A stretch of 63,432 nt of DNA, the filler included, from Chiloscyllium plagiosum (Eukaryota), in assembly GCF_004010195.1 (NCBI RefSeq). It is 5 parts of one record of this genome, joined end to end, with 100 filler letters (N's around TTAATTAATTAA, not from the genome) between each part and the next. Parts side by side here need not be neighbours in the genome. Positions count along the whole stretch, not along the records: positions 36,719 to 53,410 come from NC_057717.1; positions 53,511 to 59,244 come from NC_057717.1; positions 59,345 to 63,432 come from NC_057717.1; 2 more parts are not named here. One strand, written 5' to 3'. The translations under genes were made by a program, and so were the position numbers. Positions 49,331 through 61,659 of this stretch are shown piece by piece; the first letter of the stretch is position 1; the number at the start of each line of letters is the position of its first letter. Under the pieces are notes generated by a model. It made no database searches. It saw only the letters and a program-made list of their open reading frames with translations, and was not told the DNA's origin.

Positions 49331-52300
49331 ATTTTTGCATCAGCATGCTGACGTTATGTTTCATATACAAGAACAGGCCACTCCGTTGTACTGCTCCTTT
49401 TATTTGGGAGTCCTCTCCATTTAATAACAGCCTGCCTTTTGGTCGTCAGTGTCATCCTCAAACTCGGATGTATATGGCACTCAGCTCCCAACATCAGGAG
49501 CTGAGTGCAGCTCTTGTAAGCAGCTCTTGCCATCGGACTGATATGTTTGGTACTCCAGCAGATACATTTTTTTCCTAAAGATCGATGAATCATGACTCTC
49601 CGATTTCTAAGTGTTTACCAAGTGTCATCCTATGCTAATGTATTATCCGTCAGACTATGAGCTTCTGTCTTGTGTAAGAGCCTTTATTTTGTGGTAGCTT
49701 GTGAAAAATCTCTGGAAAGCCTCGTGTCTACCAGTCCCCCTTTATCAAGGCCACTTGTGACATTCTCATGGATTTCCAGAAAAAACATTTGCATAATTTT
49801 ACAGGCAAAATGTAGTTCGCCTTTAACAAGACCATGCTAACTCTGTGTGAAGCTTTTCTAAATGCTCTGCAGTCCCGTCCTTAATAACAGACTCTCACAG
49901 ATTCCCAGCAATAATGTTGAGGTGAAGTGGTTCCTGCTTTCAGTCTCACTCGTTTCATGAAGACAGGCGCCACATTGGAGGGTCTCCAGTTTCACTGGGT
50001 CACTCCTTTAATCCAGAGAGTTATGGAATATTTCACAAAGTGCCACCAGCCACTCTGTGACCAACCATCTATGAATTGTTGAGGACCTGTTTACCCTTGG
50101 TCTTATCTGTTTGAGAATTTCCTTGTTCCTTCTGTTAAAGACAGTTCAAGATCTTCCCTCCTATTACCATTTTGTTTATACCATTGAAATATTTACAGCA
50201 CCTTCACCTTGAGGAACGATGTAAAATGCTGGTGTAAATTATCTCTGTTCCCTGTATCCAGTTCCCCAGTCACACCCTCCAAATGTCCTCAATATACTTT
50301 CCTGACTTTCTTTCGACCAAAGATCACGCACACCTCTTGAACTCTCCTTACATACACGGAAAAGCTCGTGCTGCTTGTTTTTTATATTTCTTGCCAATTT
50401 GCTTACATCACATCTTTACTTCCCTTTTCTTCACTTCCTATATTTATACAGCCATATCACGCACAAACATAATCTTTGGCCCAACTTGTCCATGCCGGCC
50501 AGGTTTTCCAAACTAAACAATTCCCATCTGCTTGCATTTGGCACATATGCCTCTAAATGGTTCCCATTCATATGTTTGTGCTAATGTCTTTTAAATCTTG
50601 GAGCTGTACTTGCATCTGCCAGTTCCTTTGGCAGCTCATTCCATAAACACGTCACCCTCTGTCGAAAAAAAAGTTCCCTCTTCCTCCCTTTTAAATCTTC
50701 CCTCTTCCACCAGAAACCTATGGCTCTATGATTTAAGTTTTCAATCCTGTGGAAAAGAACTTGGCTTTTCACCCTGCCCATGCCTCCCCTGCTTTTACAA
50801 ATTTCTATAATGTCACCCCTCAATCTCCTACACTCCATCTGATATTAACTTCAAGAACAAGCATTTAAAGATAAGCACTGTAAATTTGAAACAATATTAA
50901 AAGTGACAGGTAAACAGCACTCCACCCAAACGTCATCCTGTTATTTGTTTTCTTCTTTATGTTACAATACTAAGGCAGCATGAAAATCTTACTCGTGCCA
51001 ATAAGCCGTCAAGTACCTGTATTCCTTTGTCTGATGGTGGTGATGATCTCTAATGTCAAATGGTATCTCTGGCCAGATTTATATAATTCCACATGTTCAA
51101 CATTCTCCCTCTTGGCCTCCCTATGACCTTATGTGGTTGTGTCTTCTTTATCTTGCACTCAATAGAAAGAACCACTTTCCCCATTCACATCTTAATTTAA
51201 ATTCATTTTATATCATCTTCTCATTCACCACTGCTAAAAGCCTGTTTATCTGTTGTCACACCCTCTTTTCCCTGTCACCTACCCCCCACCTCTGGCAAGG
51301 AACTAAAATGCCCAGTTTCCGATCCTTTTCAGTTCTGAAGAAGTGTCACACTGGACTTGAGATGCTAACTCTGTTTCTCTGTCTTTGTAGATGCTGAAAG
51401 ACCTGCTGAGTTTCTCCAGAAATTAATAGGCACAGCACAAATTTTCAATTAAATAAATAACTATGGATACTGGAAATGAAAATGCACAAATTGCTGTAGA
51501 AACTGGGAGCTTTGTCGAAGGCTCACTGGACCCGAAAGATGAACTCAGCTTTCACTCCACAAGATGCATCCAGACCTGCTTAATTTCTTCAGCATAATCT
51601 GTTTTTCAACATTTTCCAAAGACGTGTGACGAATCTGCTCAAAAGTCCTGTCCGGCATAGAGTGCTGTACATTGGGAAGTGTACAAAACGCAAAGTGCGC
51701 AAGTTCATTGGTTCTGAAACAACATAAGGCTGGCATCACTGACACGACAGAGGTCTTAATCATGGTCAGGGAGAAACACAGAGGAAAAAAAACATTCACT
51801 TCAAACACAGCAGATGGTAATTACGGGAAAGAAAATGTTTCAGCTTAATATGTTAAAGTATCTGAGTAATGTAACGAATTGGAGGCGTGACATCAGGGCC
51901 CTCAGCACAATGAGAATATGAAACTGGAAACCAGGTTCGGTCACTGAATACAGGGCTGATGGGTGAATGGGTCTCGGTGTGAACTGGGGGAAAGTCAGTA
52001 GAATTGATTTTCAGATATTTCAGCTCACACTGGGTTATCATGTGATCACAGCAGCAGCCGCAGCAGAATTGCATTCAATCATAATCCATAACTTTTCCCC
52101 CAGGGTAATCCATCACTGTACCATTATCATCAAGCCGAGTGATGGTTCAGTGACGAGTTTGAGTGAACATGCCAGAGTCAGAACCATGTGTATCTAAACC
52201 TGATGACAACCCATTAAAGCTACCGTCCTTGACTGGTTACATTCCAAACAGCAGAACTACCATCTTATGGAGAGGGGATAAGTGATCCCAAGACAAAAAG

Positions 52301-53729
52301 CTAAGATCGAAACTCTGCGGCCCTGTCACATTCAGTCATCATTGTCGATGGACTATTAAACAACTTACCGGAGGAGAGGACTCCAGAAATATCCCCATCT
52401 TAAATAACGGAACAGCCCTGTACATCAGTATAAAAGACAAGGATGTAGTGTCTGCACCATCCACAGCCAGATGTGTTGAGTGGATGATCCAACTCACCCT
52501 CGCCATGATGCCCACAGAATCATAGATGACAGTCATCAACCAATTTGATTCGCTGCACGTGACATGAAGAAACAGCTGAACACAGTAGGTACGACAAAGG
52601 CAATGGGCCCTGACAGCTTTGCTGCAATAGGACTGAAGACTTGTGCTGCACAACAAGCTGTGCCCCTGGGGAAGCTGTCTGGCCACGTGGAAAATTGCTC
52701 AACTATATCCAGTCCCATAACAAGGGAATGACTACAGTCTGACCATTTACCACATCCTCAGTACCGTCACGATAGTCACGTTGGTGAGAGTTCTTTTTGA
52801 CTGAGCAGTCCAGCAGCATAGAAATAACCTGCTCAGTGTGGTTTCTGATAGGTCCCCATGTGGAGATGGTGCTGTTGTGGTAATTTCACTGGATTACTAA
52901 TCCAGACCAGGCTAATGCTCTGGGAGCTGGTGGAAGTTAATAACAATTAATAAAATATCGAGATGTAAAACCTAAAGTCAGTAGCAGTGACCTTAAAGCC
53001 AATGTCGATTGTAAACACCAATTTCTTTCCCCAATGTACTTTCAGGAAGTGAATCTCCCGTGCTTTCCTGGTCTGGCCTAAGAGTGACCACAGGCACTCT
53101 TCAATGGTCTCTGAATCGGCCAAGCAAGACACTCTGTTGTATTAAACAGCTCCGGTTGTAAAGGATAAACTCGGACAGAACACCCAGCACCAGCCTCAGC
53201 ATTAGAAAAGGGAATGGGAAACACAGTCCTGTCATACTGCAGAGATCTCCTTCCTAACATCTGAGAGCTTGTGACAACAGTTATAGAGCTGTCCCATAGA
53301 CTGCACAGAAACATCGGGAAAGGAGGAGGTCTTTAGACACATTGAAATTTCTCCATTCTAGTTCATGGTGAAAATTTCCTCAATGCAGTTTTCCCCACAC
53401 AGTGTTCATANNNNNNNNNNNNNNNNNNNNNNNNNNNNNNNNNNNNNNNNNNNNTTAATTAATTAANNNNNNNNNNNNNNNNNNNNNNNNNNNNNNNNNN
53501 NNNNNNNNNNTGTGTGTGTGAGAGAGAGAGAGAGAGACAGTGAGAGAGAGAAGGCTTTGCATGCAATAGTGAGAGTACTGGACCATGAATCGTGTTCGGG
53601 TATCGGTGCTATAACAGATATACAGTGCTATACAGTGAGTGTGAGGGAGCAGGGAGAATACGTTGACCCTTATCCTGATACAGTGAGGAAGGTTATTGAA
53701 GCTTGTCCTGTATTGCTGAACATTTCTTC

Positions 53730-56700
53730 AGACGCAGATACTGCACTGAGCTGGTTGGTGAGCTCAGGCCATGCTTGGTGGGTCTTGTGGTGTGGCTCCC
53801 TCTGGGAAGAAAATGGTACCCCTCTGTACTAGCTCTTCCACCAAGACCTCCATGCCCCTGTCAACAAACCGCGGTGTAATTGACTCTTACCTGCTATGCT
53901 CAGGGTAAACTGTGCAGGGCAGCTCCAAACGGAGAGAGCTCAATCGTGTGTCCATCATGTTTTAAAGAGGGCACCGGTGCCAGGGATCACGGAATATCGG
54001 GGCATCCTGGTGATCGTGAGTAACTCCAGCCATGATGGGTGGGATCAGGATGGCATTGAATGACAGGGACACCATGGGGTGGCTGAGTAGTTAATAAGAT
54101 GAGTTCGATATGATAGTACCAGGAAACTAGCTTAGCCTCTTGCAGACAACCCATCTGTCACACTCAGTGAAAATCACACAAAGATAAATTATTGTTATAT
54201 TCATCCCAATGAGTCATAGACTCTGCTGTGCCCACTTTCAGTTACAGAGCTGCAGAACAAATACTCATTCAAAACTGTCCATCATCTGAACTCACACCAA
54301 TATCCGGTTCACCATCAATCCTGGGAATACTGGCTCATGTTGCAGGGTACTGTCGAAATAACTTCATATCAGCATGCTGAAACGTGTGATCGTCAATGCA
54401 ATATTCTCTCAATCTTTCTCTCTCTTTTTCCCAAAATTCTTTTGTTTGTTGTTATTTAAACTGATTTCCCCACCATTTCTCTCTGGCAGTGATTTTCATA
54501 CCCACAGCACCCGTTGTCATGGCACAATGGAGATATGGAGCTATAAATGGATGGGAGCTGCACATCCTTTCACTTCCAGTATGGGCTGCAAGTTTCCAAC
54601 CCTGGTCAGTGATCTAACACAGTGTTACTGAGCAATGCACTGGGGTGGTGTGCACAGCTCTACATGTTGGGAGGGTAACTGCTCCCGGTTTACAGACCAA
54701 TTCACTGCTTGCCACTGTACAGCTACCCATACTGAACAGATACCTGTTTATAAAGCAAGATACTGGTGTGGCCTGCATATCACCCAATGCTGGACAGACC
54801 ATTTCATCTGGGTTACTGAATCAATGCCCCAGTGAGTCTGTGCTGGTCTCCATGTTGGACAGATAGCCAGTGGCCTGGTGAGACTTACGCAGTATTGCAT
54901 CCTGGAGAGAGTGCTGGGTTGTACTGGGCCTCGTCTGAACAGTGCTCCATCCTGGAAGATTGCTGGGTTGTTCTGAGCCTGGTCTGCACAGTGCTCCGTG
55001 CTGAGCAGGTATCTTATCGAGGTTTATACGTGTCTGGGCTGGATCTGTGAAGTGGATCGAGTATCCAGTATAATTTCTGATCGAGCTATGACTCCTCCTG
55101 CTCGGCACACTCCGCTGTTCAACCCCGTATTTCTGCAACATGTTGTCCATTAAGTAATTATCCAATTAAAACATGAATATCTGTCCTTCTTGCGATGCAC
55201 ATGAGCTGACGTATCTGAAAATATATGATGAAGTTCGTCTCAACCCGAAAGTTTTCTTATTTTAAAGGTAAGTATGAGGTGCTCTGATTCAGATGCAATT
55301 CGCTTGGTCAAAATATTCGACATTCAGCAAAATACAACATATTCAAACACCGTCAATAAAATACAACAAAAACAAGAGCAACTTGGAATATCTTAATACT
55401 ATTGGAAAACATGACAGAATAATAGATTATTTAACTACTATATAGTAACTACTCCAAAATGGCAACATCGTATAAACACCCGCTTTTCACAAAACTAATT
55501 CAGGAAACAGATTGTCTCACAAGCAGTTCTCCAATCCAGGAGGATTGAACATCAAAAGACAATTCTGAGAGATATTTCAGAGAGAAAGTGCAGCAGCCGG
55601 GAGAGATTTCCTGCCTTCCAACCATACTGAGACCCCAGCAATAACTGGCAAAAGGTAAAACTAAAAATCCTGCTTCTATGAGAGCTTGGCCATCACTCCA
55701 CAGGATCAGGCTGCAGCTTCAAAGACCACAAGGAATGGAGTGTATCTACGCCGTCTATGGCACTGCAGGAGCCTCTCAAAAATGCCTAATCCCACTGAAC
55801 CCTTTAAATGATGGTAAGATAAATGTCAAAGTTAAACATAAACAAATAAAACGAAAGTATGCAGCAGGCCTGGTGATCAGTCACAGACGGTCTGGGGAAC
55901 CCAGCAATTCCTACCCTGCCAAAACACAGTAGAATCATCGAGCTTGTGAAGAGAAAGCAATATCTCTCACCGTCACCTCGAACTTTAAAATTGGAGATGT
56001 GCCATTCACCCAATCTGCGATGTCAATACCCCACCCAGACTAAGTATTATTGTGATCTATACGTGATGCAGTGAAATGGGTTAACTGGAGCTGTTTGTTC
56101 AGTGACTATGATTGATAACAGTCTCCATGGACCCTAACTGTGTCACTGGAGAGTTTCCCTCTTCCATAATTAAGGGGCTTCTTTGAACCTGTTGTCCCGT
56201 AGTATCAGGGGCAGCGTGATTCTCAGCACGATAGGGATATCAGCTGCAGAGAGAGGGAGAGGAAGTGAATCAGAACAATAGACTGAAATGTTCCAGCAAT
56301 GGATCCGAATCTGAGAATATTAGATTGGAATGTTACAACAATGAACAGGAGTTTATCTTTGGGTCTTTACTGGCTTTCTCAGGATTGGCCATCGTTAGAG
56401 TTGCGGATCGAAGCCGTACTGAGGATTATTCAAGCTGGTTACTACCCCATCCTCGCTATTACTGGTGTTCCTGGTGAGTCTATCCCTGTCAATTCTGTAA
56501 ACTATGATGAAAATCATTGCTAATTCTGTTATTTATATTTTGCAAAGACGTAGAGTATTTTATTCAGTTTCAGTCACAAACTCCGCTTCCTTTAAATTAA
56601 TTTCAGACTCTTCACTCATAACCATCGCAGAAGAAACATGACTGTTCACATCTCAACCTGACTTTTGCCTTGAACTGTTTTATGTCTCGGTATTCTTTCT

Positions 56701-58790
56701 ACCATCGAATCTGCCCACACCCAACTCGATAATATCCCCAGTCTCGACGTCTGCCTCAATGCTGTTGCTGAATTAAACAGCATTTAGCCCTTTGATAACT
56801 TCAGAATTTATGGCTCCCGTTGTATTCTGACCTCTCTACCAGTGACAAATATTTTGACCACAAACTTGTTGCCGTCACAACAGGTACTTCACAACAGGTA
56901 CTCTGTATCAGATTCATAATGTCACTGCACGTGTAATTCAGAGGCAAAGGTGATGACTCTAAAGGCTTTGTTTGAAATCCTACCACAGCCGATGGCTGAA
57001 CTTAAAGTTGAATGACAAAAATTGGAATGAAATTGAACTGATGGAAAAAATAAACAATCAGGATTTCTTTTAATATTTCACTGATAGCCTTTGGTAAAGA
57101 AACTTAACATTATTGCCCGGTCTGGACTAAGGGCGACTTCAGTTCCACGATAAAATAGTTGGCTCCATGTTGTCTTGCAAAATGGCCTCACAGTCAAGGG
57201 CAATTTGGATGGACAACACATGCTGCCCTTGCCAGTGATGCTGACATACCATGAAACAACAACATTAAAGGTGAAATAAACCAAGGAACTGTGGATAATG
57301 GAGATCTGAAATAAAATTCTCCAGTGTCCAGAGAGAGAGAGAGAGAGACAAAGGAAAAGAAAACAAAAGGATTGCTGATGATGGACTGGAAGGAAAGTAG
57401 AATGACAAGTTATTCTAACATTCCTGTCTTTCCCATATTCCCGAATATCACGCATATTTAGCTATGTCCCTGATTAAAGTGAGTTATGTTCCCTCTGTCT
57501 CTCTTCTCTGAGTGTGATGATCTATTCCATTGGCAATACTGGTGCTGCCCTTACAGTTGCTGAGATACAGAAGAAGGAAATGTTACAGAGTCAGCTGCTT
57601 CTTTGGAGAGAGGAACTGTTACTGTGGGGCTTTACAGAGATGCAACGGCTTTCTCAGCCAGGAAGAGAAACTAAGGAGAGGGAGGCATTTTCAACACTGA
57701 ATGGGTACACCATGTGTGTGGGGCATTGACTTACTGCTGTCATTAGAAAGTCAGTTTCTGTGGATGGTGTTCTCAGGTTTGTTTTGTCAGCTGCTGAGTT
57801 CATTCAGGGAGAACCGAGGGTCTGGTGACCGCACTCTGAACACTGCATTTACAGCGTGTCTGAGTCAATGGTAAACAAATGGAGCGAAGATGACACAGAA
57901 GGGAAGCTCTGGAAACAAGGAGGAGCAAAGCACTGCACTTTCCTTCCTGGGATTTCCAGGAACATTTGTCCAAGCTGGACCCATTCAGGTGTAAAGTGTG
58001 AAACCAGCTTGTTTCAAAAATGAATGCTCCCTGAGCTGTGTCCTTCCTTCAGTATAACCTACAGCCTCACACCAGGGACAGGACTTTGCTGACTCTCACT
58101 ATGAATTTACCTGTTTTAATTCTGGAACGTTCCAGGCAGGAGGGGGTAATGTATCCACCATCTCTGAAGTGTAGTCCTCCGATGTACAACGGGCTAACAG
58201 AAACCACCGCCTGCTGAGAGGGATGCATTGGTTCCATCTCCACAGGAGAAGGTACAGAAACCAACTTCCAGATATACTAGAGAGAAGAGGGACTGGTGAA
58301 AATGAGGAAATGCAGGAAATTAGAATTAATGCAGATTATGCTTTTGGAAATCTAATTGCACTGAAGTTTCATAAGTTGCTGCATCTGATGAGTAGCATCC
58401 CAAAATCTTGAGGAGATGAAAAAGACCTAGTGAAAAAAAATGATTATTCTTCAAGTCTTGTTAGATTCTGGAAAGGATCCTGCAGACTGGAAAGCAGCTA
58501 TTGGAAACATAAATATTCAAAACAGGACGGAGAGGAAAAACATAAAACTAAAGAGCTTGATGTTAGCTGTGAGAAATAAAAAAATCATTGTAAGCTTTTA
58601 TAAGGAACGTGACAACTAGACACTTGTAAAATAATGATATGATTTGGTAGAATCGGTCTAGATTCAGGTAAGGGAAATGGTCGTCGATAAACCTTTTTGT
58701 GGAGATTGTGCATTGTGCCATCGACAATTGAGAGCCAATGGGAGTGGACTACTTGAGTTTTTAGAAGACGCTTGACCTGATTGAATACAG
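53730..58790 (+). repeat. Third, more diverged direct copy of the P3 segmental unit (matches 42780-45686) with an extra ~2.4-kb block at 54490-56900
   Basis: cgcagatactgcactga at 53732 vs 42780; 53730-54490 is collinear with 42780-43543; 56900-58790 is collinear with 43575-45686. Confidence 0.9.
56299..56473 (+). CDS. Coding exon 1 (N-terminus and start of TM1) of a GPR139/GPR142-like class A GPCR; exon 2 not found in the window
   Basis: MDPNLRILDWNVTTMNRSLSLGLYWLSQDWPSLELRIEAVLRIIQAGYYPILAITGVP has N-glycosylation sequons NVT and NRS. The YYPILAxxGVP TM1 motif resembles GPR139 YYSLLLCLGLP. A strong phase-1 donor CCTG|GTGAGT follows at 56474, as recalled for the GPR139 intron position. Confidence 0.8.
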
Positions 58791-59344
58791 TTGAGTGGGG
58801 AATGTGAGAGTCCATGGGTATGTCGGGGAGGAATATATACCATATGGACTAAAATTGATAATTGAGATACGAGAAGAATACTGTTTTTTTTTTCTCTGGA
58901 CTGAAGGCTTGATGGTTGGCAGCAGGATCAGTGTTTGGGCAATAGTTGTTCACAAGGTATAAAAATGATTCAGATGTGAACAGCAAATATCATCATCTAC
59001 ATTTATATTTATTAAATGGTGAGAGATTGGGAAGTGCTATTGTTGAAAAGAACCTGGACGTCCTTGGTCATATTTCGCAAACAGAATTCTTATGGTGCAG
59101 GAAGTAAGTGATATGTGGCTCTTCATGCAAAATGATTGAAGCACCAGAGTTAGAACATCTTTCCCATTGGTCGTGTTTTGTTGAGAGAGTATTTGTTTGG
59201 TCTGCTTTATAGATAATGATCTCTTTGTCACCGAGACAGCACAANNNNNNNNNNNNNNNNNNNNNNNNNNNNNNNNNNNNNNNNNNNNTTAATTAATTAA
59301 NNNNNNNNNNNNNNNNNNNNNNNNNNNNNNNNNNNNNNNNNNNN

Positions 59345-60082
59345 TACTACATCCTTGTCTTTTACACTGAGGCTGCAGCGCTATTTGATTATTTAGGATG
59401 GGGATGCTTGTAGAGCGCTGTCCTCTGTCGTTTGTTTAATCGTCCACCACCATTTATGACTGAATGTGGCAGGACTGCAGAGCTTCGATCAGATCTGTTG
59501 GTCAAGTGTGGTAGCTTTAATGTGTTAGCATCAGGTTTATGTTCACGTGGTTGTGACCCTGACATGTTCATCCACACTCGTCACTGAGCCATAGATCGTG
59601 TTGATAGTAATGGCAGACTGAAGGATTATCATTGGGCAAAAATGTTACAGGTTGTGGTTGAATGCAGGTCTGCACCTCCTGCTGCTGTGGTCTGCAGCAC
59701 TACATGAATACGTAGTTTTGAGCTGCAATATCTGCATTGCAATTCTGCTGTCTGTTCCCCAGTTCACATCGAGACCCATTCACCCATCAGCCCTCTACTC
59801 AATGACTTACTCTGGTTTCTGATGTGATCGTACTTCCGTTTTCAAATTTTCGTTCTGCTGAGGGTCTCTCACAGGTCATGCTTTCAATCTGATACATTCC
59901 ACAAAAGCATTTAACTGATTTTTATTCAATTGTTTAATTCATCTTAATCTTGTCCTTGAGTAATGCCATCTTCTGCGTTTAAAGTAAATGTGTTTCGCTC
60001 TGTTTCTGTCCCTGACCATGATTAAGAGCTCTGTAGTGTCAGTGATACCAGCCTTATGTAGCTTCAGAGCCAATGAATTCGC
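59345..60082 (+). repeat. Further diverged partial copy of the segmental unit (matches 37628-38345)
   Basis: actacatccttgtcttttacactga, gagacccattcacccatcagccct and gaccatgattaaga are all collinear. Confidence 0.85.
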
Positions 60083-60984
60083 TGGATTCCCAAAAATCTT
60101 CATTACATTGTATGTTTTCTCTTTTGGTTTGATGCCTTATAACTCATGGCTGCCTTGTCCTCCCATGTGTATGTTTCATCTTCTTTGGGATGAATTTTAT
60201 TATTTTCTGAATTATCCACAAATAAGGGATGGTCTTTCCTGCTCGGCTCCCCTTCCAATTAACTCTGGCCAGCTCCTCCCGAATGTCTTTGTAGTTGCAT
60301 TGCTCAATTATAATCACATTACATCAAGAAGAGACAATAGATATAAAGCGAAAGAAGGAGTTTTGAGAGAAGGGACACGAAGAATAATTGGGGGACTTCT
60401 TAACTGGATTCAAAGAGAGAAGGAGAGAGAGGATATAGATATGGAGATGTGAGAAATGCGAAAACTAGATTATCAAAAGAAGTAGATGTATATCCCTCAA
60501 TGTTTTGGCAATTCCTGTGTGCTGTGGTCCTTTGTGCATTGCATGTCCAACTGACTAATACGTTCAAATGCTGGGTCTGATGCCAGAAATTTTCTCTCCA
60601 ATAATATGACAGATACTAGCTTTGGAAAGAACCCAACAGGCCAATATATTTAATTCCTGATAGAAAGGGGATTAACTGAAATAAGTTGAGACACCATAAG
60701 CAAGATTTATAACACACATCCTGATAAGAATGAGAGCCAGAAGTACAGAATCCCAGAAAAGGGAGAACTTTGAGAGAAGGGGATCATATCACTTAAGATG
60801 AGGATCAAATAATGTTTTAATGCTTTATAAATTTTATACATCATGTGCACCATTTTTTGTTAACTGTGTCTCCGTTGTTCATTCAGAATGTGTTGTACAC
60901 ATATGAACAATCTTCCTTATCTGAACACTCTCTGATTAAACAGTGTACATAAAATCATTTTTCCTCCATTTCAACTCACCTGTT

Positions 60985-61385
60985 GTCGTGCTACCAGGAT
61001 ACATGAACACCAACTGGCCACCAAAAGACATGACCCACCATCACTAGTTTCCATACATACAGACAATGAAGGACACCACTTTGACTGGGACTACACACAT
61101 ATCCTAGGACAGGCAAAACAAAGACACGCACAAAAGTTCTGAGTGGCATTGCAATCTAACCAGAAGTACATTAATAAACACAGCAATTTAGATCCTATCT
61201 AACTTCCCTTGGAAAAATAAAACTGGAAATGACATCACACACCTTAAGAAACCAAAACCCATAAACAGAGAGGCGGGACATACGTCCAGTGTATTACGGG
61301 AGACCATCACTGAAATGTTACCTAGTCATGGTGACGAAACATCTGAAAACAAACCTTCAAGCCCAGTGAGTTAACTCACATACTT
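60985..61385 (+). mobile_element. Penelope-like 3' fragment (GIY-YIG C-terminus and 3' UTR with decayed hammerhead)
   Basis: ATRIHEHQLATKRHDPPSLVSIHTDNEGHHFDWD..ILGQA; CTGAAA-TGTTACC...GGTGAC-GAAACATC at 61310-61343. Confidence 0.85.
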
Positions 61386-61659
61386 ATAAATTGTTATTTT
61401 TCTTTTAATACTGGAATTTGGGACTTCTCTATCACTTATATTTGAGCAGATTACGAGACGAGGTGAGCTTTTCTGGGTGTGTGGTTTTAAGAAACAGAGG
61501 GGTTCGACATCGACATCATAACAGTTTGAGGGCTTGTTGTATGGGATTTGGACAGATTTGAGGTACAAAAGGTCACAGCAGACTCCATCACTTGACAGTT
61601 AAATAAAACAGGTGAGAAAATTCATTTAATTTTGTTTCCTTGTGGTTGGTTAAATTAAA

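Larger units (their letters stand above)
36719..53311. repeat. Large inverted duplication (palindrome P3): arms 36719-~43915 and 46187-53311; inner junction hidden in the gap 45687-46186
   Basis: Mirrored ORFs 37880-38110(-)/51967-52197(+), 39231-39434(+)/50581-50838(-) and 42984-43175(-)/46929-47171(+). Roughly 8-10% divergence by eye. Confidence 0.95.

Noticed and set aside
36719..53311. Palindromes as amplification or assembly chimeras, or as uncollapsed haplotypes
   Set aside because: The arms are several percent diverged with independent TE insertions and deletions, unlike technical fold-backs. The P3 centre is in a gap, so its orientation still needs confirming.
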